Shown here piece by piece: positions 47,436-56,540 of a stretch of DNA of 64,000 bases. Origin of the DNA: Polyangiaceae bacterium (GTDB lineage: Bacteria; Myxococcota_A; Polyangia; Polyangiales; Polyangiaceae); NCBI GenBank assembly GCA_044376115.1, contig JBILLK010000004.1:288001-352000 (forward strand), given 5' to 3'. The first letter of the stretch is position 1; every line of letters begins with the position of its first letter. The notes under the pieces were generated by a model. That model was not told the origin of the DNA and ran no database searches. It saw nothing but the letters and a program-made list of their open reading frames with translations. The position numbers were made by a program, and so were the translations under genes.

Positions 47436-48188
47436 ATGCACGACAAGACGGTTCTGATTACGGGCGGCGGTCGTGGGATTGGCCGGGCGATCGCTGAGCG
47501 CTTCCACCGCGAGGGAGCAACGCTGCTCGTCACCGGGCGAACGGTAGACTCGACTGCCGAGGTCGTGGCCGCGACCGGCGCCACGCCCTTCGAGGTGGAC
47601 TTCTCCGACCGCGCCGACGTCGAGCAATTCGCACGCAAGCTGCTCGACCGTCATACGGTCGACGTGCTCGTCAACAACGCCGGCATCGCTGAGAGCGCGC
47701 CGGTCCACAAGACCGACGACGCCATGTTCGACCGCATCATGCAGGTCAACGTCCACGCGCCGTTCGCGCTGATTCGAGCGCTACTGCCGGGCATGATCAG
47801 CCGTGGGTTCGGCCGCATCGTCAACGTCGCTTCCAACGCTGGGCGCTCCGGCTACGCCTACACCTCGGCGTATTGCGCATCGAAGCACGCCGTCGTCGGC
47901 CTCACGCGCGCCGTCGCCGCAGAGGTCGCCAAGACCAAGGTGACGGTGAACGCGGTTTGCCCAGGTTGGGTGCGGACCGATATGAGCCGTGAGGCCATCT
48001 CGCGCATCGCCGACAAAACCAAGCGCAGCGCCGACGAGGCCGAGTCGGAGCTCGCGAACATGTCGCCGCAGCGCCGCTTGATCGAGCCGAGCGAGGTTGC
48101 TCACCTTTGCTTCTCGCTGTGTGCCGAGGAGGCCCGCGGTATCCACGGGCAAGCCATCGTTCTCGACGGCGGCCAGCTCATGACGTAG
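47436..48188 (+). CDS. Short-chain dehydrogenase/reductase
   Basis: TGGGRGIG, NNAG, YCASK, VCPGWVRT. Confidence 0.93.
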   Translation: MHDKTVLITGGGRGIGRAIAERFHREGATLLVTGRTVDSTAEVVAATGATPFEVDFSDRADVEQFARKLLDRHTVDVLVNNAGIAESAPVHKTDDAMFDRIMQVNVHAPFALIRALLPGMISRGFGRIVNVASNAGRSGYAYTSAYCASKHAVVGLTRAVAAEVAKTKVTVNAVCPGWVRTDMSREAISRIADKTKRSADEAESELANMSPQRRLIEPSEVAHLCFSLCAEEARGIHGQAIVLDGGQLMT

Positions 48189-48196
48189 GAAACGGT

Positions 48197-48595
48197 GTGG
48201 CTCAAAAGATCGTTAGCGTAGAAGGCTGGCCTCGTCCCAAAGGCTACTCCAACGGGGTCATCAGCACCGGTCCAGCGCTCTACATCGCTGGGCAAATCGG
48301 CTGGAACGCGCAGGGCGAATTTCCCGAGGGCGGATTTCTACCGCAGTTCGATCAAGCGCTCAGCAACGTCGTAGCCGTTGTCACTGCGGCGGGCGGGACC
48401 GCGGCCAACATCGTCAAGATGACCGTCTACGTGACCGACCTCGACGCCTATCGCAACGGCGGCCCCGCCATCGGCGAGATCTGGCGCAAGCGGATGGGCA
48501 AGGTGTTCCCGGCTATGGCGTTGCTCGGCATCGCCGGGCTGGTCGAGAGGCAGGCCATGGTGGAGATCGAGGCCATCGCCGAGCTGCCCGGCTGA
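48197..48595 (+). CDS. RidA/YjgF family protein
   Basis: PKGYSNG, IAGQIG, FPAM, VEIEAIA. Confidence 0.9.
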   Translation: MAQKIVSVEGWPRPKGYSNGVISTGPALYIAGQIGWNAQGEFPEGGFLPQFDQALSNVVAVVTAAGGTAANIVKMTVYVTDLDAYRNGGPAIGEIWRKRMGKVFPAMALLGIAGLVERQAMVEIEAIAELPG

Positions 48596-48649
48596 GCGGC
48601 TCGCGTGAGGTGGCTTGATCCCGCGCGCTCGCTCTGAGAAAGCTGGCGC

Positions 48650-49468
48650 ATGACGTTGAGCCCCAAGACCTTCGACCTCGAGATCAAGCATGGCGTGGCG
48701 GAGATCACGCTGAATCGCCCGGAGCGGCTGAACGCGCTCACCTTCGAGATCTACGGTGAACTGCGAGAGACCTTCCGCTCGCTCGAGAGCAGCCGCGAGA
48801 CGCGAGCTGTCGTCATTACCGGCAAAGGGCGTGGGTTCTGCTCGGGCGGCGACGTCGAGGGCATCATCGCTGAGCTGTTCGCCAAAGACGCACGCGGCCT
48901 GCTCGAGTTTACCCGCGTCACCGGCGCTTTGATCCAGAGCATCTGTGAGCTGCGCCGGCCGGTGATCGCCGCCATCAACGGTGTGTGCGTCGGCGCTGGC
49001 GCGGTGATCGCGTCGGCGTGTGATTTGCGCGTCGGCGCGGAGGCAGCTCGCGTCGGCTTCATCTTCCCCAAGGTGGGTCTCTCCGGCGCCGACATGGGCG
49101 CGAGCTTCTTGCTACCGCGCATCGTGGGTCACGGCCGCGCAGCCGAGCTCTTGTTCTTCGGTAACCTGATCGATTCGAACGAAGCCTATCGCATCGGCTT
49201 CTTCAACCGCCGGCTTCCCGATGCTGAGGTGCTGCCCTTCGCTCGGGGGTGGGCCAAGGAGCTCGCTCGCGGACCGGCCTTCGCGCACAGCGTGACCAAG
49301 CAGATGCTCGAGAGTGAGTCGACGATGCCGCTCGCCGCCGCGATCGAGGCCGAAGCGCAGGCGCAGGCTATCTGCATGGCCCACCCGGACTTCCGCACCG
49401 CCTATGACGCCAACAAGAAGAAGGAGAAGCCGCAGTTCGAAGGCGCTCCGAACGACGAGGCAACGTGA
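48650..49468 (+). CDS. Enoyl-CoA hydratase/crotonase family protein
   Basis: LNRPERLNAL, FCSGGD, GAG, VGLSGADMG. Confidence 0.92.
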   Translation: MTLSPKTFDLEIKHGVAEITLNRPERLNALTFEIYGELRETFRSLESSRETRAVVITGKGRGFCSGGDVEGIIAELFAKDARGLLEFTRVTGALIQSICELRRPVIAAINGVCVGAGAVIASACDLRVGAEAARVGFIFPKVGLSGADMGASFLLPRIVGHGRAAELLFFGNLIDSNEAYRIGFFNRRLPDAEVLPFARGWAKELARGPAFAHSVTKQMLESESTMPLAAAIEAEAQAQAICMAHPDFRTAYDANKKKEKPQFEGAPNDEAT

Positions 49469-50631
49469 ACAACGACCAAACGCTGACGACCTCGCTCGCG
49501 GTCGCGCGGCCTTTCTTCGAGCCGCGGCACGAGCAGCTAGCGACGCAACTCGCCGAGACCGTGGCGCCGGCGCGAGCCGTGCTCAACGCCGAGCCCAAGC
49601 TCGTCGCGCAGGCGATGGGCGCGTCGGGCCTCAACCTTTTTCGGCACCTGTTGCCGGCGGAGGTAGGCGGCGCCGTAGACGTTCGCGCGCTCGTGTTGGT
49701 GCGTGAAGCGCTCGCCCAGCGCAGTGCGATGGCCGACTCGATCTTCGCGGTGCAGGGGCTGGGCTCCTTCCCGGTGCTCAAGGCGGGTTCGCCGGAGCTC
49801 GCGGAACAAATCCGCGCGGGCGTCCGAAGCGGAACGACCGTGGGAGCCTTCGCCCTGACCGAGCCGGAGGCTGGAACCGACGTCGCGTCGTTGCAAACAC
49901 GAGCCACTCGCAGCGGGGAGGATTGGCTGCTGAGCGGTGAGAAGACGCTGATCTCCAACGTCGGAATCGCCAGCCACTATGTCGTATTTGCAACGGTAGA
50001 CGCCGCGCTCGGGCGCAAGGGCATCACCGCCTTCTTCGTACCCAGCAGCACACCCGGCATTCGCGAGACCGAGCTTCATCCGTCCAGTCCCCACCCGCTC
50101 GGCGCGCTGACCTTCAGCGATTGTCGCGTGCCCGATCGCTTTCGGTTGGGCGAGATCGGCGCGGGTTTCGGCCTGGCGATGGCCACGCTCGACACCTTCC
50201 GCATCTCGGTGGGCGCTGCAGCCAACGGCATGGCTGCGCGCGCCCTTGCGTTGGCGCTCGAGCACGTGCTCACGCGCAAACAGTTCGGTGCACCGCTGGC
50301 CGAGCAGCAGCAGGTGCAAGCGATGATCGCCGAGATGGCGACCGAGCTCGCCGAGGGGCAGCTAATGGTCGCGAGAGCCGCCCACGTCCGCGATCAAGGC
50401 GGCACGGCCAGCTTGGAGGCCGCGATGGCGAAGATGTCGGCGACGGAAAAGGCGCAACGCGTGATCGACAAAGCGGTACAGCTCTCCGGAGGGCGCGGGG
50501 TGTTGCTTGGTTCGGAGGTGGAGTCGCTTTACCGCGATATTCGTCCGCTACGAATCTACGAAGGCACGACCGAGATTCAGAAGGTCGTGATCGCCCGGGC
50601 CCTGTACAAAGCGCGAACTCCCCGCGGCTGA
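49465..50631 (+). CDS. Acyl-CoA dehydrogenase
   Basis: FALTEPEAGTD, RKQFG, GGRG, RIYEGTTEIQ. Confidence 0.93.
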   Translation: MNNDQTLTTSLAVARPFFEPRHEQLATQLAETVAPARAVLNAEPKLVAQAMGASGLNLFRHLLPAEVGGAVDVRALVLVREALAQRSAMADSIFAVQGLGSFPVLKAGSPELAEQIRAGVRSGTTVGAFALTEPEAGTDVASLQTRATRSGEDWLLSGEKTLISNVGIASHYVVFATVDAALGRKGITAFFVPSSTPGIRETELHPSSPHPLGALTFSDCRVPDRFRLGEIGAGFGLAMATLDTFRISVGAAANGMAARALALALEHVLTRKQFGAPLAEQQQVQAMIAEMATELAEGQLMVARAAHVRDQGGTASLEAAMAKMSATEKAQRVIDKAVQLSGGRGVLLGSEVESLYRDIRPLRIYEGTTEIQKVVIARALYKARTPRG

Positions 50632-50636
50632 ACCGC

Positions 50637-52109
50637 ATGTACATTCCGAAGGAACGTCTGCGGCATCCCCTGCCCTCGACGCGGCCGCCGAGCGAGCCGG
50701 AGGCGCGCGCATCGCGTCTCTTCTCGCCGCTGACCTTGCCCAACGGTGTGAAGCTTCACAGCCGCAGTTGGGTACCCGCAATGGTGCCGTGGCGCGCCAC
50801 CGAAGACGGTCTGGTCACCGAGCAGGTGCTCGCCTGGTACGAACGCTTCGCGCGCGGAAAGCCCGGGGCGATCGTGATTGAGGCTACCGGCATTCGTGAG
50901 ATCGCGAGCGGCCCGCTTTTGCGCATCGGCGACGACCGCTTCATCGCCGGGCTGCGCGAATTGACCCAAACGGTGGCGCGCGCAAGCGAAGGTGAAACCA
51001 AGCTCTTCATCCAGCTGATCGACTTTCTGCGCATTCGCAAACGCCCGGAGCGAACGCGTTACTTGAGCTCGTTTCTACGGCTGCGGGCCGAACACCGAGA
51101 ACGCTTGAGCCAACTGCTCGAGCAGCCCGAGCTGATGACCACACCGGAGACCTCGCTGCGTGAGCTCTTGCTCACGCTCTCCGACGAGCAGCTGGCGCTG
51201 GTGCTCTCCGCGCGGGAACGAACGGCACTGAACTTCGGTGAGCGCGAGCTCGTCAGCGACGAGGACTTACCGCACATCGCTGAGCTCCCTAACGTACTGC
51301 CCGGCCTCTTCGCTCGCGCGGCAGAGCGCGCTGTAAACGCCGGCTTTCACGGTGTGGAGCTGCACTACGCCCACGCCTACACGATGGCGAGCTTCCTCTC
51401 GGCGAAGAACCAACGCAAGGACGGCTACGGCAGCACGCTCGACGGTCGCATGCGACTTCCGCTCGAGGTCTTTCGCGCTGTGCGCGGGGCCGTGCCACGT
51501 GAGTTCGTGGTGGGAGCGCGGTTTCTCGCCGACGAAGTGATTGAGCACGGGCATCGCGCGGACGACGCAACAGCGTTTGCGTTGGCCTTCGCCGGTGTAG
51601 GGATGGACTTCCTTTCGCTCTCGACGGGCGGCAAATTCGACGACGCTAAACAACCGAAGGTTGGAGAGGCCGCGTACCCTTACACAGGGCCAAGCGGCTT
51701 CGAATGCATGCCGCCCGCGCTCTCCGACGCCCGCGGCCCGTACGGCCGTCAGCTCGTGACCCAAGGCGCCATTCGTCGTGCGGTTCGCGCGGCAGGCTTT
51801 AGCACGCCGGTGGTCGTGGCCGGAGGCATCGCCAGCTTTGAGATCGCCGAGGGCGCGCTCGAGCGCGGCGACGCCGATCTGGTCGCTTCAGCGCGGCAAA
51901 GCCTGGCCGACCCGGACTGGTGGTTGAAGCTGCGGCTCGGTCGAGGAAGCGAGATCCGCCGCTGCGTCTATTCGAACTATTGCGAAGGGCTCGATCAAAA
52001 GCATCGCAGCGTGACCTGCAAACTTTGGGACCGGAGCGAACTCGATCAAACGGGGGCGCAGCTCACCGACGGGGGCCGGCGCAGATTGCTGGCCCCCGAT
52101 TGGCGCTGA
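50637..52109 (+). CDS. NADH:flavin oxidoreductase (old yellow enzyme fold)
   Basis: PAMV, IEATGI, GFHGVELHYAHAY, RKDGYG, ARQSLADPDW, C..NYC..C. Confidence 0.88.
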   Translation: MYIPKERLRHPLPSTRPPSEPEARASRLFSPLTLPNGVKLHSRSWVPAMVPWRATEDGLVTEQVLAWYERFARGKPGAIVIEATGIREIASGPLLRIGDDRFIAGLRELTQTVARASEGETKLFIQLIDFLRIRKRPERTRYLSSFLRLRAEHRERLSQLLEQPELMTTPETSLRELLLTLSDEQLALVLSARERTALNFGERELVSDEDLPHIAELPNVLPGLFARAAERAVNAGFHGVELHYAHAYTMASFLSAKNQRKDGYGSTLDGRMRLPLEVFRAVRGAVPREFVVGARFLADEVIEHGHRADDATAFALAFAGVGMDFLSLSTGGKFDDAKQPKVGEAAYPYTGPSGFECMPPALSDARGPYGRQLVTQGAIRRAVRAAGFSTPVVVAGGIASFEIAEGALERGDADLVASARQSLADPDWWLKLRLGRGSEIRRCVYSNYCEGLDQKHRSVTCKLWDRSELDQTGAQLTDGGRRRLLAPDWR

Positions 52110-52112
52110 CGC

Positions 52113-53618
52113 TCAGGAACCAGCGGTCATGCGGTTCTCCCCCGCCTTGACGATCACCTTCTTGGGCGGAAGGGCCGTGGCCTCCTCGGCCTCGATTTGG
52201 TCGAACAGGAAGTAGGTGCCCTCGGCCTGCGTGGGCGTCACCTCGAGCACGAGGTAACCGCGTCGCGCTACGTCCACGAATTTGAAGTTGGGCGAACTCA
52301 TCACCAGCTCATTGCCCAGCTCGGAGAAAATTTCGGGTGGTAGGCCGGGCGCGCTAACCGCCGGAGCCACCATCTCCACCGCGATCGATCCAGCTCCCGT
52401 TGCCGGATCGTACTCGGTGCCCTCCGGGTAGAGATCCGAGGCCCACGAGGTGTGAATATCGCCAGTAAGGACGATCACGTCGTTGAGCGATTCGGTTGCG
52501 ATGAGGCTATAGAAGCGCTCGCGAGCCGGCACGTAGCCGTCCCATTGATCGGTGTTGATGAGCGCCTCGAGCGGAAGCACGGCCATCATCACTTGCTGGC
52601 CGACGAGCTTCCAACGAGCCGGCGAGGCTTTGAGTCCATCGAACAGCCACGCCTCTTGATCATCCCCGAGCAAGGTGCGGTCAGGGTCAAGGATGGCCGG
52701 GTCATCCTTGTCGACGGCAGCCTTATCCCGACCCCACAATCGAGTGTCGAGCAGGAACAACTGGAACAGATCGCCGTAGGTGAATGAACGGAAGATCTTG
52801 GTGGGGTCCTCCACCCGCAGCGGCATCCACTCGGAGTAAGCGCGAGCGGCGGCGGCCCTGCGGTCGCTGAACTTCCCTTCGGTCGCCTCATCGTGGTTCT
52901 CAGCGCCGTCTGTCCAGGCGTCATTGGCGAGCTCGTGATCGTCCCAAATCACGAACCAAGCGTGTTGCTGATGGGCGGCCTGTAGCCAAGCGTCTTTGCG
53001 GTAGTGCGCGTAGCGCTTGCGATAGTCCTCGAGCGTAACGATTTCGTGCGGCGGATCGTAGGTTCGGACTTCACCGTACTCACCGTCACCGTACTCGTAG
53101 ATGTAGTCGCCCAGGTGGATGACGGCATCGAGGTCGTCGATCTCCGAGAGCGCCTTGTAGCTGTGGAAGTAGCCGTGGGCGTAGCTCGCGCATGAGACGA
53201 TGGCGAGCTTGGCGCGCTCCGGGCTGCCCTCAGCGAGGGTCTTTGCGCGACCGACTGGCGAAGGCTGCTCTGCGGCGAAGAAGCGATAGAAGTAGGTCGT
53301 CGCCGGCGAGAGACCAGTCACGTCGACCTTCACGGTGAAGTCGGAGTCCGCGTTGGTGGTGACCTCGCCCGAGTCGAGAATGTCGGTCATGTCCTTGTCA
53401 CTGGCGATCTCCCACTCGACCACGAGTTCGCTCTCGCTGGTGGTGACGCGGGTCCAGATGATCACCGCATCGCTGAGTGGGTCACCGCTCGCAACGCCGT
53501 GGAGGAAGACCGACTCCGGCTCCGGCTCCGGTAGCGTCTCGCTGTCGTCGCCACAGGCCGTTAGAGAGGAGCCAATGGCTGCTGCACCACCAAGGAAGAA
53601 CCGCCGAGAGTGCTTCAT
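52113..53618 (-). CDS. phoD: PhoD alkaline phosphatase, Tat-exported lipoprotein
   Basis: SRRFFLG then LTAC; HGVASGDP, HLGDYIYE, WDDHE, DQWDGY, LTGDIH. Confidence 0.95.
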   Translation of the reverse strand: MKHSRRFFLGGAAAIGSSLTACGDDSETLPEPEPESVFLHGVASGDPLSDAVIIWTRVTTSESELVVEWEIASDKDMTDILDSGEVTTNADSDFTVKVDVTGLSPATTYFYRFFAAEQPSPVGRAKTLAEGSPERAKLAIVSCASYAHGYFHSYKALSEIDDLDAVIHLGDYIYEYGDGEYGEVRTYDPPHEIVTLEDYRKRYAHYRKDAWLQAAHQQHAWFVIWDDHELANDAWTDGAENHDEATEGKFSDRRAAAARAYSEWMPLRVEDPTKIFRSFTYGDLFQLFLLDTRLWGRDKAAVDKDDPAILDPDRTLLGDDQEAWLFDGLKASPARWKLVGQQVMMAVLPLEALINTDQWDGYVPARERFYSLIATESLNDVIVLTGDIHTSWASDLYPEGTEYDPATGAGSIAVEMVAPAVSAPGLPPEIFSELGNELVMSSPNFKFVDVARRGYLVLEVTPTQAEGTYFLFDQIEAEEATALPPKKVIVKAGENRMTAGS

Positions 53619-53666
53619 GCGCCGGGGTGTGTCGGAGAGGCTGAGTTGCGTCAAGCGCTCCATCGC

Positions 53667-53704
53667 GTGTCACCAAGTTGTCACGCAAGCCACCGAGGTG
53701 TCAC
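53667..53704. promoter_or_regulatory. Putative PHO boxes in divergent phoD/porin spacer
   Basis: TGTCAC at 53668 and 53679 (11-bp period); second pair AGCCAC 53688 / TGTCAC 53699. Confidence 0.7.
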
Positions 53705-53741
53705 AGAACTGATGCCGAGACACGACTAGGGTTCGCGCTCG

Positions 53742-55178
53742 ATGAAGCGCAAATTGCCCTCGCCGCGAGCAACGTTCTCCCCCTGGCTATTGGCGCTAGG
53801 AATCGTGACGGCGGTGGACCAGCTCGCGATCGCTCAGCCAGCTGACCCACCCAAGGGCCCTGGCGCCGGTCAACCAGCCCCCGCCGACGCGCCCGCGGAA
53901 CCCAAGCTCCAGGAGCCGCCCGCGGAACCCAAGCCCGTCGAGACCAAACCCGCCGAACCGCCCGTTGAGACCAAGCCCGCGGAACCCAAGCCCGCGGAGA
54001 CCAAGCCCGACGACGCGAAGCCCGCTGAAGGAAGCGACGCGCGCAAGAAGCAAAAGGTCGATGACGTCTTTGCTTTGCCGGCGGATGACCCGCGCGTACC
54101 GACCTTTTTGCGCGCGCTGCGCGTCGGTAAAGACTCGTTGATGCTCGGTGGCTGGATTCGCCCGGGCTTCACCTATGTCAGCGACAGCGACTTCAATGAC
54201 GACGACACCGATGGCTTCGACTTCGACGACGCTCGTTTGATCGGCCTCGGCGACCTCGAGATCTACGAGGGGCTAGGTGCGAGCTTCCGCTTCAACTTCG
54301 ACGTGAATCGCGGCAACTTCTCGGTACGCGATACCTTCGGCTCGATCACCTACAAGAAGGATCTGATCGCGCTCGACGTTGGCTTGTTCAAGACGCCGCT
54401 CGGGCTATCGCTGCTGCAGTCGCAGTCCAAGATGCAGTTCCCGATCAACACCATCATTCGCCGACTGGCCTTCGGTCGCGATCTAGGCGTTCAATTGCGC
54501 TCGGACTTCCCGATTGGACCGGCCTGGTTCCACGTGGCCGCGATGGTCGCGAACGGAGAAGGTGGCTTTCGTCAGCGCCGCAACCTGGACAACGAGTTCG
54601 TGTACGTGGGGCGCGTGGAGGTTTCGCCGTTGGGGCGCATGGAGCGCTCCGAATCAGACCTCGAAAACAGCGACTTTCAGCTCTCCGCCGGCTTCAGCGC
54701 CGGCCACAATTCGGCCCTGACCAACGATCTCGGCCTGCAAGACGCAGGCGCGCAAGAAACCAAGATCGGTGGGGACGTACGCATGTGGTTCAAGGGCGCG
54801 AGCCTGCGAGCCGAATACTTGCGCGGTCTGCGCGGGGATGTCGAAGGAAGCGCTGGCTTCGATCGCTACGGCTTGGTGGTGCAAGCCGGCTACGTGCTGC
54901 CTATTCCCATCCCCCTGCCGAGGTTCGAGATCGTCGCGCGCTACCAACAGGCCGACGTCAACACCGAGCTCGCCGGCGACGAGGGCGATGACTACCTGAT
55001 CGACAACACCGAAACGCGTGTGATGCAGTTCGGCGCGAACGCCTACATCGCCAACCACGCCGTGAAGATCCAAGCCATGTACCAGCTGACGGATCTTCTT
55101 GAGGGTCGCGTCCCCACTGGAGAGGATGTACCGATTGGTGACGCCTTCGTGATGGCTACCCAGTTTGCCTGGCTCTGA
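53742..55178 (+). CDS. Phosphate-selective porin OprO/OprP-like
   Basis: Signal AIA-Q, Pro-rich linker, beta-barrel; GLFKTPLG, GRDLGVQ, ANGEG motifs; phoD context. Confidence 0.7.
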   Translation: MKRKLPSPRATFSPWLLALGIVTAVDQLAIAQPADPPKGPGAGQPAPADAPAEPKLQEPPAEPKPVETKPAEPPVETKPAEPKPAETKPDDAKPAEGSDARKKQKVDDVFALPADDPRVPTFLRALRVGKDSLMLGGWIRPGFTYVSDSDFNDDDTDGFDFDDARLIGLGDLEIYEGLGASFRFNFDVNRGNFSVRDTFGSITYKKDLIALDVGLFKTPLGLSLLQSQSKMQFPINTIIRRLAFGRDLGVQLRSDFPIGPAWFHVAAMVANGEGGFRQRRNLDNEFVYVGRVEVSPLGRMERSESDLENSDFQLSAGFSAGHNSALTNDLGLQDAGAQETKIGGDVRMWFKGASLRAEYLRGLRGDVEGSAGFDRYGLVVQAGYVLPIPIPLPRFEIVARYQQADVNTELAGDEGDDYLIDNTETRVMQFGANAYIANHAVKIQAMYQLTDLLEGRVPTGEDVPIGDAFVMATQFAWL

Positions 55179-55218
55179 ACGCTGCTAATCGACTCGTGCA
55201 TCTTCAAAGGAGTTTCTT

Positions 55219-56325
55219 ATGTTGAACCGTTCTATGCGTGTTGCTGCCGGCGTTGCGCTGCTCTTGGCCGTTGCTTGTCGCGGAGGTGGTGACGGGTCGG
55301 GAGCCAGCGGCGGGTCGGGAGGCAGTGGTGGCTCGGGTCAGGGTGGTCTCTCGAGCGCGACGGAGCTGCAGTGCCCGTACCCCGGGCAGCTACCTTTTGA
55401 GCTTGAGTCCTCGGGGTTCCAGAAGCCCGACAACAAGACGCTCGCTGACAACAATACCCGCAGCAAAGACGAGACAGCCGACACGCTTGGCCTCCCCGAT
55501 GGCGTCATCGCCAACACCTTCATCGACGTCGCAGGCAGCCCGGCTGCAGGGGACATCAACTACCGTGGGCGCAAAGCTCGGACCGGCAACGGCAGCGGCT
55601 TGCTCGGCTTCCCGCTCCCGGAGGAGAACGTCAGCCTCTGGTACTACGACCCCAGCGCCAAGGCGTGGCAGACGCTCGGACGAGCGGTCACCGACACCAA
55701 CGGCTACTACGACATCACGCCGAGCTCCGCTGTCGAGACGGCCTTGGGCCAGCCTGTGTACGCGGTGCTCGAAGGCGACGGAAGCTGCGCCGAGCACTAC
55801 GACTACCTGCTGCCCAGCGGTACCAAGGTGGTCCTCACCGACATCGACGGCACCATGACCTTGAGCGACGAGGAGCTGTTCAAGCAGATCGACGACGGTA
55901 ACTACGACCCGCTCGAGAACACCTCGTCGTCGGTGATGATGAACAAGTGGAGCGAGAAGGGCTACGAGATCGTCTACCTCACTGCCAGACCCCACAACTT
56001 CCGCGCCGAGACCCGTGCCTGGCTGCAAGACCACGACTTCCCGGTTGGGCCAGTGATCTCGGCCAATGAGCTGGTGTTCGACGAGTCGGCGCGCGACTAC
56101 AAGAGCGCCTGGGTAGAGCGCATCACCGGCGACTTCGGTTGGGACATCATCGCCGCCTACGGCAACGCAGAGAGCGACGTGCAGGCGTACGAAGACGCCG
56201 GCATCCCGAAGGACATCACCTTCATCATCGGGCCGTTCGCTGGCTCCTCGGGCACGCAGGCGATCGAGAACAACGACTACACGGCGCACATCTCCGACTT
56301 CGTCGATCCGTACCCGGCCAACTAA
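55219..56325 (+). CDS. Lipoprotein with LNS2/lipin-like HAD phosphatase domain
   Basis: AVAC lipobox; TDIDGT, YLTARP, YK, AAYGNAESDVQAY. Confidence 0.8.
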   Translation: MLNRSMRVAAGVALLLAVACRGGGDGSGASGGSGGSGGSGQGGLSSATELQCPYPGQLPFELESSGFQKPDNKTLADNNTRSKDETADTLGLPDGVIANTFIDVAGSPAAGDINYRGRKARTGNGSGLLGFPLPEENVSLWYYDPSAKAWQTLGRAVTDTNGYYDITPSSAVETALGQPVYAVLEGDGSCAEHYDYLLPSGTKVVLTDIDGTMTLSDEELFKQIDDGNYDPLENTSSSVMMNKWSEKGYEIVYLTARPHNFRAETRAWLQDHDFPVGPVISANELVFDESARDYKSAWVERITGDFGWDIIAAYGNAESDVQAYEDAGIPKDITFIIGPFAGSSGTQAIENNDYTAHISDFVDPYPAN

Positions 56326-56350
56326 CTTAGCCGGTCGACTTCGAGCGACC

Positions 56351-56394
56351 AACGCGCGCGCTGCCTGTAAGGGCAATGCGCGCGTTCGCGTTTT
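56351..56394 (+). terminator. Possible intrinsic terminator
   Basis: aacgcgcgc..tgcc-loop-ggca..gcgcgcgtt imperfect stem, short T run nearby. Confidence 0.35.
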
Positions 56395-56540
56395 CGAACG
56401 GCTGGACGAGGCGCAGCTTGGCACTGAGCTTGCGATACGGCCTGCGTTCCTTCCTTTCTCTCCGCCTATTCATATTCGTTTTCAACCTTTCTTCGCCCGA
56501 CAGCCATGACAACGCTGTCGCGCCCTCCATCGGGAGCCTC

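Noticed and set aside
47355..47756. N-terminal 134 aa of the 799 aa ORF
   Set aside because: Mostly antisense to the SDR; the signal peptide begins at GTG 47354
50121..50636. N-terminal extension of the OYE as a monooxygenase remnant
   Set aside because: Arg-rich off-frame read of the acyl-CoA dehydrogenase, no FAD-binding motif
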